Positions 17,630 to 28,076 of a DNA stretch of 64,000 bases are shown here, piece by piece. This DNA is from Candidatus Krumholzibacteriota bacterium (lineage in GTDB: Bacteria; Krumholzibacteriota; Krumholzibacteriia; JAJRXK01): positions 1-64,000 of the forward strand of contig CAWDWO010000022.1 of NCBI GenBank assembly GCA_963806035.1, given 5' to 3'. The translations under genes and the position numbers were made by a program. The notes beneath the pieces were generated by a model. That model made no database searches, was not told the origin of the DNA, and saw only the letters and a list, made by a program, of their open reading frames with translations. Within the stretch, counting starts at the first letter, position 1; each line of letters starts with the position of its first letter.

Positions 17630-18427
17630 TCAGCGGCAGATTCCGCGGTGGCTGCGCGAGAAGAAGTCCTCGAATGCTTCAGCGATGAGTTCGTCTCCGC
17701 ATTCGCGAATCCTCTTCTTCGCCTCTTCGATGGGGAGGCCGCGGCGGTACAGGGCACGGTAGGCGTCCTTCACGGTCGCGATGCGCGCATCGCTGAAACC
17801 CCGCCGGCGCAAGCCCATGGAGTTGATCCCTCCCACCTTGAGTGGACTACCCGCGGCGCGGACGAAGGGGGGAACGTCGACCACCAAGCGGCTCGCTCCG
17901 CCCACGAAGGCATGAGCACCCACGACCGAGAACTGATGGACTCCGACGACTCCACCTACGATGGCCCAATCCGAGATGTGGACGTGGCCACCGAGCTGCG
18001 TGGCGTTGGCGATGATGACGTTGTTGCCGATGGAACAGTTGTGGGCCACGTGGGCGTAGGTCATCAGCAGGCAGTGATCGCCCACGCTGGTCAGGCCTTC
18101 AGGCGTGGTGGCGACGTTCAGGCTGGCGTATTCGCGAATGGTCGTGTCGTTGCCGATTTCGGCGGAGCAGACCTCGCCCCTGTATTTCAAGTCCTGAGGT
18201 GGCGTGCCCAGGACCGCGCCCGTGTAGATGCGATTCCTTTTTCCGATGTGCAGCTTGCCCTCGAGAACGACGTGTCCCCTGATTTCAGTTCCTTCGTCGA
18301 TGCGCACGTAGGGGCCGATGATGGAATAGGGACCGACGCGCACGTCCGACGCGAGTTCAGCCCTACTGTCGATGACGGCAGTGGGATGAATGAGAGGTCC
18401 TGAATCGTGCGATTTGTCGCTGCTCAT
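17630..18427 (-). CDS. lpxA: Acyl-ACP--UDP-GlcNAc O-acyltransferase LpxA
   Basis: IHPTAVI hexapeptide repeats, PQDLKYRGE, HVAHNC, LGGHV, VHQF, DVPPF, GINSMGLRRRGF. Confidence 0.96.
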   Translation of the reverse strand: MSSDKSHDSGPLIHPTAVIDSRAELASDVRVGPYSIIGPYVRIDEGTEIRGHVVLEGKLHIGKRNRIYTGAVLGTPPQDLKYRGEVCSAEIGNDTTIREYASLNVATTPEGLTSVGDHCLLMTYAHVAHNCSIGNNVIIANATQLGGHVHISDWAIVGGVVGVHQFSVVGAHAFVGGASRLVVDVPPFVRAAGSPLKVGGINSMGLRRRGFSDARIATVKDAYRALYRRGLPIEEAKKRIRECGDELIAEAFEDFFSRSHRGICR

Positions 18428-18437
18428 CACTGATCCT

Positions 18438-19751
18438 CTAGCGGTTCACGATCGCCGCCAACATTTCCGCCTCGGCCACGCGCTCGCCGTCCACGGTGGC
18501 GAAGGCGGCCATTTTGCAGGTGTTGCGCCGGAAACGTACCAGCGTAAGATCGATGATCAGTTGATCACCGGGCAAGACCGGCTTGCGGAATCGGGCTTTG
18601 TCGATCGAGGAGAAATACACGAGCTTGGTCTCCGGTTGCTCGATCATACTCAGCAGCAGCACGCCACCCAGTTGCGCCATGGATTCCACGATCAGCACTC
18701 CGGGCATGATCGGATGGCCGGGGAAATGTCCCCTGAAGAAGGGCTCGTTGATCGTGACGTTCTTGAGCCCTCTCGCCCGTTTGCCCGGTTCCACTTCGAG
18801 AACTCTGTCGATGAGCAGGAACGGGTAGCGATGGGGCAAGAACTCCATGAGAGCGCTGATGTCCCAGTAGGTTGGTTTCTTGGCCGGATAGATGCCCATC
18901 CGGCGCTTCTCCAGGGAAGCAAGACGGCGCACGAAGCGCACGTTCGTCTCGTGACCACTTTTCAGACTGATGACGTGACCCTTGATCGGCATCCCCAGAA
19001 GGGCCAAGTCTCCAAGCAGGTCCAGGATCTTGTGCCGGACGAATTCATCGGGGAAACGCAAACCCTCGTCGTTCAGGACGCGGTCCTCATCGACCACCAG
19101 GGCATTCTGATAGGTGCCCCCCTTGATGAGTCCCATCGCTTGCAGGTGGTCGATTTCCCGCTTGAGCGCGAAGGTGCGGCTGGGCGCGATCTCCTTGGCG
19201 AAGGACTCGGGCGTGATGGCGTAGCTGCCATACTGGGTGCCGATCACCGAATTGTCGTACTGAATGGTGAAGCTGAGCCGGAAACCGTCGTAGGGAATGG
19301 CGGTAATTCCGATCTGTCCCTGACTCCACTGTACCGGCCGTTTCACCTCGTAGTAGACGACCGGGACACCCTGTTCGACGATACCGACCTCGAGCAACTT
19401 GTCCACGAAGGCGCGGCAGGACCCCTCCTCCGGCTCCGGCGGCTCGGAAGCGTCCAGCTCGATCCACGCGTTGTCGATCCGGAGTCCGTAGAGGGAGGCA
19501 AGCACGTGCTCGACGGTGTGAATCTCCACCCCGCCGCCGCGCAGTGTGGTATTGCGCTGGAAGGGCTGGTCGTCCTGGATGGAATCCACGTTCGCGGGAA
19601 TGACCACCCAGTCCTCGCCCCTGCGCACTCTGAATTGCAGTCCGTGATTGGGCTCGGCGGGAACGAAGCGGACCCGCGCTTTCTCGCCGGTGTGAAGCCC
19701 GATTCCCTCGAATTCTACCGGTGCCTTAAGAGTTCGTTGTTGACGCAGCAC
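18438..19751 (-). CDS. lpxC-fabZ: Bifunctional LpxC-FabZ fusion
   Basis: LpxC: QRTL, GIGLHTG, TVEHVLASL, EIAPSRTF, RHKILDLLGD, GHETN. FabZ: LPHRYPFLLID, KNVTINEPFF, HFPGHPIMPGV. Confidence 0.96.
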   Translation of the reverse strand: MLRQQRTLKAPVEFEGIGLHTGEKARVRFVPAEPNHGLQFRVRRGEDWVVIPANVDSIQDDQPFQRNTTLRGGGVEIHTVEHVLASLYGLRIDNAWIELDASEPPEPEEGSCRAFVDKLLEVGIVEQGVPVVYYEVKRPVQWSQGQIGITAIPYDGFRLSFTIQYDNSVIGTQYGSYAITPESFAKEIAPSRTFALKREIDHLQAMGLIKGGTYQNALVVDEDRVLNDEGLRFPDEFVRHKILDLLGDLALLGMPIKGHVISLKSGHETNVRFVRRLASLEKRRMGIYPAKKPTYWDISALMEFLPHRYPFLLIDRVLEVEPGKRARGLKNVTINEPFFRGHFPGHPIMPGVLIVESMAQLGGVLLLSMIEQPETKLVYFSSIDKARFRKPVLPGDQLIIDLTLVRFRRNTCKMAAFATVDGERVAEAEMLAAIVNR

Positions 19752-20781
19752 TCTTCGACTTCTCCAGCTCTTGGATACGGCGCTTCAAATCGTTGATTTC
19801 TTCCGCGTAGCGTTCCAGGCGATTGTAGTGAACCAGAAGTCTGCGGGCCTCGCGCGAATTGCGCGCCGGATAGCCGAACCACTGCTCCCCTTGCGGGATG
19901 TCCTTGGAGATGCCGCTCTGGGCGCCGATTCGCGCATCGTCACCGATGCTGATGTGACCCACCACGCCCACTTGACCGGCCATCATCACGTCGTTTCCGA
20001 CATTGGTGGATCCGGAGATCCCTGTCTGCGCGCTGATCACCGTGTGCCGGCCGATGGTGACGTTGTGGGCGATCTGGACCAGGTTGTCGATCTTCGTTCC
20101 GGTGCCGATGACGGTACGTCCCACGGTGGCGCGATCGACGCAGCTGTTGGCGCCGATCTCCACATCGTCCTCGATGATGACCTGGCCGATCTGCGGCACC
20201 TTGTGATAGGAGCCCGCCTGCTTGGCATACCCGAAGCCATCGCTTCCGATGATCGCTCCCGCGTGCAGAATGACCCTGTCACCGATTTGGCACTCTTCGC
20301 GGACCACGACGTTTGGGTAGAGCAGGCAGAGTTTGCCGATCTTGACCTTCGGCATGATCACCACGCCCGGTCCCACGATGGTGTGCTCCCCCACCACACA
20401 GCCTTCTCCGATGATCGCCCCGGGACCCACTCGCACACCCTTGCTCAGGGTCGCGGTTTCGTGCACCCGCGCGCTCCCATCGATTCCCTCGGCGAAGTAG
20501 TTTTGCTTGGGTTCGCAGAACAACTCGATGGAGCGCAAGAAGCCCAGGTGCGGATCGTCCATGCGGATCGCCGGCAGATCCGTCTTCAGATCGGGCCGGC
20601 AGATGAGAGCTGAAGCCGCGGTGTCTTCCAGGTAATTGAGATAACGCGCGTGCGCGAGAAAGGTGATCTCTCCCGCTTGCGCCTCACGAATTCCCGCGAC
20701 GCCGCAAATGAGCGGGTTGCCGCTGCCCTCGAGACGGCCGCCGATCCGCTCCGCTAGCTCCCGTAATTCGATTGACTCCAC
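19726..20781 (-). CDS. lpxD: UDP-3-O-acyl-glucosamine N-acyltransferase LpxD
   Basis: IGSDGFGY, KVPQIG, DDVEIGANSCVDR, GTKIDNLVQIAHNV. Confidence 0.96.
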   Translation of the reverse strand: MESIELRELAERIGGRLEGSGNPLICGVAGIREAQAGEITFLAHARYLNYLEDTAASALICRPDLKTDLPAIRMDDPHLGFLRSIELFCEPKQNYFAEGIDGSARVHETATLSKGVRVGPGAIIGEGCVVGEHTIVGPGVVIMPKVKIGKLCLLYPNVVVREECQIGDRVILHAGAIIGSDGFGYAKQAGSYHKVPQIGQVIIEDDVEIGANSCVDRATVGRTVIGTGTKIDNLVQIAHNVTIGRHTVISAQTGISGSTNVGNDVMMAGQVGVVGHISIGDDARIGAQSGISKDIPQGEQWFGYPARNSREARRLLVHYNRLERYAEEINDLKRRIQELEKSKSAASTTNS

Positions 20782-20869
20782 TCTACGGCCTCCTCCGCGG
20801 GGACGGGCGCATCCCGGACCATACGTCGAAGGGGCCGCGGCGGCCCCTCTTCACGCATGACGCCGATTC

Positions 20870-20898
20870 ATGCTGGCAGCTCGTCTGGACAATGTCAA
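20870..20898 (-). promoter_or_regulatory. Possible internal sigma70 promoter before lpxD (TTGACA-N17-CAGCAT)
   Basis: Perfect -35, 17-nt spacer, weak -10. Followed by an 8-bp GC hairpin (about 20830-20848). Confidence 0.3.
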
Positions 20899-20915
20899 AT
20901 CCCAATGCTCGACCG

Positions 20916-21467
20916 CTACTTTCCCGACTTTTGCAGTTCTTCCAATACCTTGTCTGTCAGATCCAAGTCCTTGTTCTGATAGACGATATTGACCGTCGCG
21001 GTGTCCAGAATGAGGTCGTAGCCCCCCTCGGCCCCGAGGCGCTCCACCACCAAAGTAATCTGGTCGTTGATCGGCTGGCTGAGCTCCTGATTGCGCTTCA
21101 CCGCCAGCCCGTTGTTGGGATCGAGGATCTCGGTGCGCTTCTGGTCGTAGGCCTGGCTCTTCTGCTCCAATTGGCTCTGGAGCTCGTTGAGCTTGTCCTG
21201 GGACAGGAGCAGCTGCTGGGAACGGATCTTCTCCTGGAGCGAGAGGATCTCGCGTTCCATCCCCTGGAGATCCTGCTGCCACTGCTTCATTTCGTCCTGG
21301 AACACCGCCTCCGCATCCTTGGCTTCCTGGTACTCCCGGAAGATCCGCTGACTGTCGATGGTGCCGATCTTCAGGTTCTTCTCGTCGGCCCGGGCCGATC
21401 CCGAGAAGGCCAGAACGGAAAGTGCCGTGAGCAGGAACAAAGTAGTGATTCGATTTGTGAGTCTCAT
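20916..21467 (-). CDS. skp: Periplasmic chaperone Skp/OmpH
   Basis: Signal peptide, KIGTIDSQRIF, long coiled coil, GYDLILD, DLTDKVL; lies between bamA and lpxD. Confidence 0.93.
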   Translation of the reverse strand: MRLTNRITTLFLLTALSVLAFSGSARADEKNLKIGTIDSQRIFREYQEAKDAEAVFQDEMKQWQQDLQGMEREILSLQEKIRSQQLLLSQDKLNELQSQLEQKSQAYDQKRTEILDPNNGLAVKRNQELSQPINDQITLVVERLGAEGGYDLILDTATVNIVYQNKDLDLTDKVLEELQKSGK

Positions 21468-21494
21468 AACTCGACTCTCCTCGTCTGCGGAAGC

Positions 21495-23807
21495 CTAGAA
21501 GAAGGCCCCGAAGTTGAAATGCGTCTCCCAGGAAGGATTCGCTTTGTTGAACCCGTAACCGTAGTCAAGTCCGACCCGCCCGACCAGCGGAACCTCCAGG
21601 CGGACGCCAAACCCCGCGCCCTTGCGCAGGTTGGTGAGATCGGCCTCCGAGAACGAATTCCAGGTGTCCCCCTGATCCACGAAGCCCACCAGCTGCACCG
21701 CTTTGGTGAGTGGGTAGAGCATCTCGGTGGTGAGGGTGGTGAAGAACTCGCCTCCCACGAAGCCCAGATTGCCGCGGGGCACGACTTCCAGGTCGCGATA
21801 ACCGCGCAGCGCGTAAAGACGGTTTCCCCCGAGACGGAACTTCTCGTAGTCGGGAACCTCGGAGGTTTTCCCGAAAGCGCTCAGCCACCCGTCGACATTC
21901 CCCACATGGAACACGAATTTCCAGGGCAGTGCCTGATAGAAGTCGTAGTTGGCCTCGATCCGGTGGAAGTTGAGGTCTCCTCCAAGGGGCCCCCCATTCA
22001 GCTCGTAACGTATGACCGCGCTGCTTCCACTGGTGGGAAAGAAGGGACTGTCGGTGCTGTTCCGCGAGAGCGAAAGGGTCAGCGTACTGCGAGTCTGTGG
22101 CCAATCGGTCTTGTCCAGGCGCTGGAGTCCAGTCTGCCCCTGCTGCCGTTCCAGCTGATCCAAAGTCCTCACGTAGGCTGGATCGAAGTTGCTCAAGGTG
22201 GTCAACGAGTAGCTGTAGCGCACGCTGGCGCGGCTGTAGCGCGTGCCGGGGATCGGCCGCCCCAGACGGATGGCGCCACCCTTGACGCGGGTGTCGTAAT
22301 AATCGTTCACCTGATTGCTGAAGCGGTTGAAGGCGTCGATCCCCAAGAGAGTGGGCGTTCCCCTGAACCAGGGCATGGTATAGCTCAAGTTGAGGTAGCT
22401 CGCGCGCGAACCGAACTGCCAGGAGAACTGCAAGGCGTTGCCGGTCCCGAACAGGTTGGTTTCCCCGACCTGCAGGAAACCGGTGGCCCGGCTCTGCTGC
22501 GAGAACCCCATACCCATGCTGAACTGCCCGGTCTGCTTCTCTTTGACGTTCAAGATGAGGTCGATGTCGCCATCGGGGGTGGCCGGCTTGAAATCGACCT
22601 GGACGTCCTCGAAGAATCCCAGCTGGAAGACGCGCCGTTGACTGTCTTGCAGACGGCTGCTCACGAAGAGTTCGCCAGGACGAATCCGCAGCTCGCGGCG
22701 CACCACCGTCTCGTGAGTCTTGGTGTTTCCCGTAATGATGATGTCGTGAACGCTGGCCGGATTCCCCTCGTGGAACTTGAAGTGCACGTTGACCACATGG
22801 CCCTGGATGTCGCGCGTGGGCTCCACGGTGATGTAGATGTATCCTGCCTCCCAATAGAGGCTGTTGAGGGCCTGTACCGTCTCCTGGAACACGGATTCGC
22901 TGAACACGCTGCCGGTGCGCAGAGTGATGACCGACGCGATTCGATCGTCGGGGAAGACCGTATTCCCCTCCCAGCTGAGTTCACCCACGTCGTACTGGGG
23001 TCCCTCGCTCACATCGATCGTGATATCGAGTTTCTTGCCGTCTTCGACGAAATCCTTGCGCTGATCCAGGACCTGCGCGTCCAAGAAGCCCTTGTCGCGA
23101 TAGTTGTCCACCAGCTTCTGCAAGTCTTCCTCGTACTCCGGACGCTTGAAGGTGCCACTGCGAATCCAGTTGTCCGTCTTCGTCTTCCATCCCTTGCGCA
23201 GGTCGTCCGCTGAGACCTGATGGTTACCCTCGATCTTGATGGTGCGGACCTTCACCTTCTTACCCTCTACGATCTTGAACACCAGGGTCTGCCGGCCGCC
23301 GGCGGAGAAGGTGGTCGAATCCGTGTTGACCGTGGCGTTGAAATAGCCCTCGGATTGATACTTGTCCTTGAGCTTCAGCTTCGCGCGGGTAACTGCTCCC
23401 GGGGTGAGAAAGTCACCCACCCTCAGGTCGATCTCTTCCTTGAGATCCTTCGGCTTGAGTTCTTTCGCTCCGGAGAACTCGATGCCAGCCAGCCGGGGAT
23501 ACTCCGAGAGATTCAGGATGAGCTCGATGCCGCCCTTGACCTCGTTCTTGTAGGCGAAGATTTCGCTGAACTTGTTCAGGGCCGCGAGCTTCCTCACCGC
23601 GGCGGAAATCCCCTCCTTGGAGATCTCCTTGCCCGCCTCGAGGCCGCTCCACGCGACGACCTGGTCCGCCGTCACCGTGCTGACTCCCACTACCCGAATA
23701 CGTACGAGTCTCGTCGCCTGCGCTTGCGAGGCTGACGAGATCAGGACTGCCGCGACTACCAAGGCAAGGACCCAGGACCGGGCACGCAAAGGCGGAATTG
23801 CGTTCAT
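21495..23807 (-). CDS. bamA: Outer membrane protein assembly factor BamA
   Basis: POTRA repeats (GNTKTHETVVRREL, LGFFEDV), barrel motifs (ETNLFGTG, LRGY, GFGVRL), C-terminal Phe. Confidence 0.96.
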   Translation of the reverse strand: MNAIPPLRARSWVLALVVAAVLISSASQAQATRLVRIRVVGVSTVTADQVVAWSGLEAGKEISKEGISAAVRKLAALNKFSEIFAYKNEVKGGIELILNLSEYPRLAGIEFSGAKELKPKDLKEEIDLRVGDFLTPGAVTRAKLKLKDKYQSEGYFNATVNTDSTTFSAGGRQTLVFKIVEGKKVKVRTIKIEGNHQVSADDLRKGWKTKTDNWIRSGTFKRPEYEEDLQKLVDNYRDKGFLDAQVLDQRKDFVEDGKKLDITIDVSEGPQYDVGELSWEGNTVFPDDRIASVITLRTGSVFSESVFQETVQALNSLYWEAGYIYITVEPTRDIQGHVVNVHFKFHEGNPASVHDIIITGNTKTHETVVRRELRIRPGELFVSSRLQDSQRRVFQLGFFEDVQVDFKPATPDGDIDLILNVKEKQTGQFSMGMGFSQQSRATGFLQVGETNLFGTGNALQFSWQFGSRASYLNLSYTMPWFRGTPTLLGIDAFNRFSNQVNDYYDTRVKGGAIRLGRPIPGTRYSRASVRYSYSLTTLSNFDPAYVRTLDQLERQQGQTGLQRLDKTDWPQTRSTLTLSLSRNSTDSPFFPTSGSSAVIRYELNGGPLGGDLNFHRIEANYDFYQALPWKFVFHVGNVDGWLSAFGKTSEVPDYEKFRLGGNRLYALRGYRDLEVVPRGNLGFVGGEFFTTLTTEMLYPLTKAVQLVGFVDQGDTWNSFSEADLTNLRKGAGFGVRLEVPLVGRVGLDYGYGFNKANPSWETHFNFGAFF

Positions 23808-23861
23808 TCGCTAATAGAAGACCTAGGGTTCAAGACTGTACGCGGGGCTGGCCTAAACTGG

Positions 23862-23889
23862 TGTACGTCAGGCGAAGGGAAGGGTTCCC
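23862..23889 (-). promoter_or_regulatory. Putative ECF-sigma promoter upstream of bamA (GGGAAC-N16-CGTACA)
   Basis: Minus strand GGGAAC ccttcccttcgcctga CGTACA; same motif as upstream of the ECF sigma gene and tolQ. Confidence 0.7.
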
Positions 23890-23916
23890 ATTTCGTCCGC
23901 CACCAAATGAGAGGGG

Positions 23917-23945
23917 AAGGTAAGCGCAGGCCTGGCGGCGGTCAA
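23917..23945 (-). promoter_or_regulatory. Putative sigma70 promoter upstream of bamA (TTGACC-N17-TACCTT)
   Basis: Partial consensus match with a 17-nt spacer, located between the clpC terminator and the ECF-type site. Confidence 0.5.
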
Positions 23946-23958
23946 CCTATGGGACGTC

Positions 23959-23988
23959 AAAAGGGCGGATTCACTGGAACCCGCCCTT
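23959..23988 (-). terminator. Intrinsic terminator after clpC
   Basis: Minus strand AAGGGCGGGTTC-CAGT-GAATCCGCCCTT-TT: a 12-bp stem (one G-U pair) ending in a short U run. Confidence 0.6.
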
Positions 23989-24001
23989 CTCGCCGCCCGA
24001 A

Positions 24002-26479
24002 TCACGAGGCGTTGCCGGCTGGCTCCGCCTCGGACCGTTTGCCTTTTTTGTCGCGGTCCACCACCTCGAAGGACAGCTTGTCCTCCAAGACCCGCACCTC
24101 CACCCTGTCCCCGCTGCGGATCTCACCGCGCAAGAGGCGCTCGCTGAGGGGATCCTCGACGTGCCTCTGCAGGGCGCGCCTCAGCGGCCGCGCCCCCAGC
24201 TCGGGGTCGAAGCCGATGGAAACCAAGAACTCCTTGGCCTCCTGCGAATAATTGAGGCTGATGTCCAGGCTCTCCATGCGCGCTTCCATCTCCCTGAGCA
24301 GAATCTCCAGGATGCGCGTCATGTGAGCCCGGTCCAGCGGATGGAAGATGATGGCCTCGTCGATACGATTGAGGAACTCGGGGCTGAAGGTCTTTCTCAG
24401 ATCCTCGGTCACGTTGGCGCGCATGGTCTTCTCGTCGCCCCCCTTGCCGGGAGCATCGAAGCCCACGTTCTTGCGAAGCGCCTCTCTGCGGCTTCCCACG
24501 TTGCTCGTCATGATGAGAACCGTGTTCTTGAAGTCGACGTTGCGGCCGAAGGAATCGGTCAGGACTCCGTCCTCGAGCACCTGCAGCAGCAGGTTGAAGA
24601 CGTCGGGATGGGCCTTCTCGATCTCGTCCAGAAGCACCACCGAATAGGGTTGGCGCCGCACCTTCTCGGTGAGGATTCCACCCTCGTCGTAACCGACGTA
24701 GCCGGGGGGCGCTCCCACCAGCCGGGAAATGGAGAACCTCTCCATGTACTCCGACATGTCGATGCGGATCATGTTCTTCAGATCGTCGAAGAGGAACTTG
24801 GTGAGCTGACGCGCCACCTCGGTCTTTCCCACCCCGGTGGGGCCCAAGAAGACGAAGGAACCGATGGGACGCCGCGGGTCGCGCAGACCGGCGCGGTTGC
24901 GGCGAATCGCCTTGCTCACGGCGGAGATGGCTTCCTCCTGGCCGATGATCGATTCCCTCAGGCTCTCCTCCATGCGCAGCAGCTTTTCGGTCTCCTCCTC
25001 CTCGACCTCGGTCACCGGGATTCCGGTCATGTCGGCGATGACCACGCTGATGTCGCGCGCGGAAACCTCCGTCCTGACCTCGTTCCTCTGTTCGGACCAG
25101 GTCTTGCGCTGCTTGCTCAGCTGAATGCGCAGCTCTTTTTCCTCGTCCCTGAAGCCGGCCGCCTTTTCGAACTCCTGCCCCAGAATGGCAGCTTCCTTTT
25201 TCTCGGAAAGCTCCTCGATTCTCTTCTCCAGATCGCGGAGATCGCCAGGGACCGCCGAGGCGGCCAGCCGGGCCCGGCTGCCCGCTTCGTCGATGACGTC
25301 GATCGCCTTGTCCGGCAGGCTGCGGTTGGCGATGTAGCGCACGCTGAGGTAAACCGCGGTACGGATCGCCTCGTCCGTGAAATGGACCTGGTGGTGTTGC
25401 TCGTACTTGTCACGCAATCCAAAGATGATTTCGACGGTCTCGTCCTCGCTGGGCGGATTCACCATGATCGATTGAAAACGGCGCTCGAGCGCTCCGTCCT
25501 TCTCGATGAACTTGCGGTACTCGTCGAGGGTAGTGGCCCCGATGCACTGGATCTCGCCCCGGGCCAGAGCGGGCTTGAACATGTTGGACGCGTCGATGGC
25601 GCCCTCGGCGCCCCCGGCTCCCACGATGGTGTGCAATTCGTCGATGAAGAGAATGACGTGCTCACTCTCGTGGATCTCGTTCATGATCGCCTTGAGGCGT
25701 TCCTCGAACTGACCGCGATACTTGGTTCCCGCAACGACACTCGCGAGATCCAAGGTGATGATCTCCTTGTCCTTCAAGAGCTCGGGAGCCCTTCCGTCCA
25801 CGATGGTCTGAGCCAATCCCTCGGCGATCGCGGTCTTGCCCACTCCGGGTTCGCCGATCAGGACCGGGTTGTTCTTTTTCCGGCGCGAGAGAATCTGAAT
25901 GACTCGCTCGATCTCCTTGTCGCGCCCGATGGTCGGATCCAGCTTCCCGTCGCGCGCGTGTTGGCTGAGGTTGCGGCCAAATTGATCCAGGACCGGAGTC
26001 TCTTTCTTCTGCGAACTCGAGGACGCGCTTCCCCCCTTGGCGGTGCCGCCGAGAAGCTTCATGACCTCCTTCTTGACCTTGTCGTGGTCGGCGCCGAGTT
26101 CGTTCAGAACCCGTGCCGCCACCCCTTCCCCTTCCCGAATGAGGGCGAGCAGGAGGTGCTCGGTGCCCACGTAGTTGTGGTTGTGCATGCGCGCTTCGTC
26201 GATGGAAAGCTCGAGTACCCGCTTGGCGCGCGGGGTGAAGGGGATCTCGCCGATGGTCAAGGTGCCGCTCTGCGCGGTCACGATGTCCTCGACCGCTTGC
26301 TGAATCTGGTCGAAGCCGATGTTGAGACGCTGGAGAGCCTGGGCCGCGATACCCTCCCCCTCACGGATGATCCCGAGCAGTAGATGCTCGGTCCCGATGT
26401 AGTCGTGCTGCATCCGTCCGGCTTCGTCTCTGGCGAGAAAGAGGACTTTGCGGACTCTCTCGGTGAAGCGATCGTTCAT
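24002..26479 (-). CDS. clpC: ATP-dependent Clp protease ATP-binding subunit ClpC
   Basis: Two Clp_N repeats (GTEHLLL), Walker A GEPGVGKT and [11 protein letters not shown] middle domain ([11 protein letters not shown]), GARPLRR. Confidence 0.96.
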   Translation of the reverse strand: MNDRFTERVRKVLFLARDEAGRMQHDYIGTEHLLLGIIREGEGIAAQALQRLNIGFDQIQQAVEDIVTAQSGTLTIGEIPFTPRAKRVLELSIDEARMHNHNYVGTEHLLLALIREGEGVAARVLNELGADHDKVKKEVMKLLGGTAKGGSASSSSQKKETPVLDQFGRNLSQHARDGKLDPTIGRDKEIERVIQILSRRKKNNPVLIGEPGVGKTAIAEGLAQTIVDGRAPELLKDKEIITLDLASVVAGTKYRGQFEERLKAIMNEIHESEHVILFIDELHTIVGAGGAEGAIDASNMFKPALARGEIQCIGATTLDEYRKFIEKDGALERRFQSIMVNPPSEDETVEIIFGLRDKYEQHHQVHFTDEAIRTAVYLSVRYIANRSLPDKAIDVIDEAGSRARLAASAVPGDLRDLEKRIEELSEKKEAAILGQEFEKAAGFRDEEKELRIQLSKQRKTWSEQRNEVRTEVSARDISVVIADMTGIPVTEVEEEETEKLLRMEESLRESIIGQEEAISAVSKAIRRNRAGLRDPRRPIGSFVFLGPTGVGKTEVARQLTKFLFDDLKNMIRIDMSEYMERFSISRLVGAPPGYVGYDEGGILTEKVRRQPYSVVLLDEIEKAHPDVFNLLLQVLEDGVLTDSFGRNVDFKNTVLIMTSNVGSRREALRKNVGFDAPGKGGDEKTMRANVTEDLRKTFSPEFLNRIDEAIIFHPLDRAHMTRILEILLREMEARMESLDISLNYSQEAKEFLVSIGFDPELGARPLRRALQRHVEDPLSERLLRGEIRSGDRVEVRVLEDKLSFEVVDRDKKGKRSEAEPAGNAS

Positions 26480-27543
26480 TCTTGGTCCTTCCTAGCCTTG
26501 GCAAGCGCCCGCCGTACATAGTCGGCTCGTCGTTCATCCCGTTCGTGCGGTTTCAGGCTACGTTGAGCCATGATCTCCTGGTGCGCTCCCTGGATGGTTA
26601 CAAGAAGACACCGCAGGGTGGTTTCGTCCACCCCTGGCAACAATCGGAAGCTCATCCCCAGCCGCACATCTCCAAGCAAATCAAAGGCCTCGCGCGTCGT
26701 GAGCAAGCGCGCGTTGTTGAGAATTCCCCAGGCCCGGAAGACGCGGTCCTCGATCCGGGTCCCCTCGCGCTCCAGAAGCACGGCCCGTGCCTCCCGCTCC
26801 ACCGAGATCACCTTGCGCAGATGGTGGAGCAGATCGTCCACGATCTGGGCCCCTGAGAGCCCCAGAGTGGCCGAATTGGAGACCTGGAAGAGTTCCCCCA
26901 GGGCTCCACTTCCCTCGCCGTAGAAGCCCCGTACGGTATAGTTGAGCACCTTCAGGCTGTGCAATACCTTCTCCAGGTCGCGCGTCAGGGAGATCCCGGG
27001 CAGATGCAAGAGCACCGAAGCGCGCAGCCCGGTGCCCAAATTGGTGGGACAGGCGCTGAGATAGCCCAGGCGCGGGCTGTGAGCAAAGGTCAAGTGTTCC
27101 TCTAGCTCCGACGCAAAACGCATTGCAATATCGAGGGTTTCCTTGGGTTGAAGGCCGGAGCCAAAGGCCTGGATTCGCAGGTGGTCCTCCTCGTTGACCA
27201 TGAGACCCCTGGATTCGTCCTCGCTCATGAGGACCGCGCGCCCGATGGGAGTGGCCACCAGCTCCTGGGAGACCAGGTGACGCTCCAGGAGGAAGCGCCG
27301 CTCCAGTTCCTCCAATTCCTCCATCGCCCAGGACGAGGGCGGGTCCGCGCTGGGGCAGCTGGCGGCCGCCCGCAGAATCCGGCTCCGGAGATTGCGCAGC
27401 GCGTCTTCGCCCAGAAGGTGGGGAAAAACCTGTCCCTCCACGTTGCGGGCCAGACGTACGCGGCAGCTCAGCACGATGTCCCGCTCGGGGGCATCCTCGC
27501 TCTGCCAGGGAGCCGGGGCCCGGGCCATCTCCTCGAATCTCAT
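26476..27543 (-). CDS. mcsB: Protein-arginine kinase McsB
   Basis: [51 protein letters not shown]; coupled to mcsA and clpC. Confidence 0.93.
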   Translation of the reverse strand: MRFEEMARAPAPWQSEDAPERDIVLSCRVRLARNVEGQVFPHLLGEDALRNLRSRILRAAASCPSADPPSSWAMEELEELERRFLLERHLVSQELVATPIGRAVLMSEDESRGLMVNEEDHLRIQAFGSGLQPKETLDIAMRFASELEEHLTFAHSPRLGYLSACPTNLGTGLRASVLLHLPGISLTRDLEKVLHSLKVLNYTVRGFYGEGSGALGELFQVSNSATLGLSGAQIVDDLLHHLRKVISVEREARAVLLEREGTRIEDRVFRAWGILNNARLLTTREAFDLLGDVRLGMSFRLLPGVDETTLRCLLVTIQGAHQEIMAQRSLKPHERDERRADYVRRALAKARKDQE

Positions 27544-28067
27544 GCGTCCTCGCCCTCCTCGTCGGCCTCGGGCGAAGACAGTTCCGCCTTCTCCTTCTCG
27601 TAGCGGCGGATCTCGTCACGGATCGAGGCCGCCCGTTCGAACTCCTCCCTGCGCACCGACTCACTGAGTTCGCGACGCAAGGACTCCAATACGCGCTCCA
27701 AACGGCTCACCGGGTCGTCCCGCTCCGAGCGCGGATTGTGGTCGACCGCGTGATGCACGCTGCGCAGTAAGGGCTCGAGTTGGCGGCGGAAGACTTCGTA
27801 GCAGTTGGGGCATCCGAGCAGGCCGGTCCGACGCAGAGTTTCGCCGTCCGTCCCGCACTCGGGACACTTGGGGACGAAGGGCGCGCGTTCGCTTTCCGAG
27901 AGCATTTTCGCGGCCGCGGCCGGTGCCATGGGATGCAGCTTGAGGCTCAGGAGAAGTCCGGCCTCCCGCGCGCACTCCGAGCACAGCCACTGCATGGTCT
28001 TCTGGCCGCCGACCATCTCGGTGTATTGCACCTCGGCCGGTCGCTTGCCGCATCGCTGGCAGATCAT
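27540..28067 (-). CDS. mcsA: McsB activator McsA (CxxC motifs + UVR domain)
   Basis: CQRC, CSEC, CPEC, GLLGCPNCY; C-terminal EEFERAASIRDEI. Confidence 0.92.
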   Translation of the reverse strand: MICQRCGKRPAEVQYTEMVGGQKTMQWLCSECAREAGLLLSLKLHPMAPAAAAKMLSESERAPFVPKCPECGTDGETLRRTGLLGCPNCYEVFRRQLEPLLRSVHHAVDHNPRSERDDPVSRLERVLESLRRELSESVRREEFERAASIRDEIRRYEKEKAELSSPEADEEGEDA

Positions 28068-28076
28068 GGCAATGCC

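Noticed and set aside
20772..26383. Very long plus-strand ORFs (813 aa at 20772-23213, 740 aa at 24161-26383; also 4619-6640, 34309-36162 and others)
   Set aside because: They are antisense shadows of bamA, clpC, polA and similar genes, caused by high-GC codon bias. They show no recognisable motifs and fully overlap confident genes.
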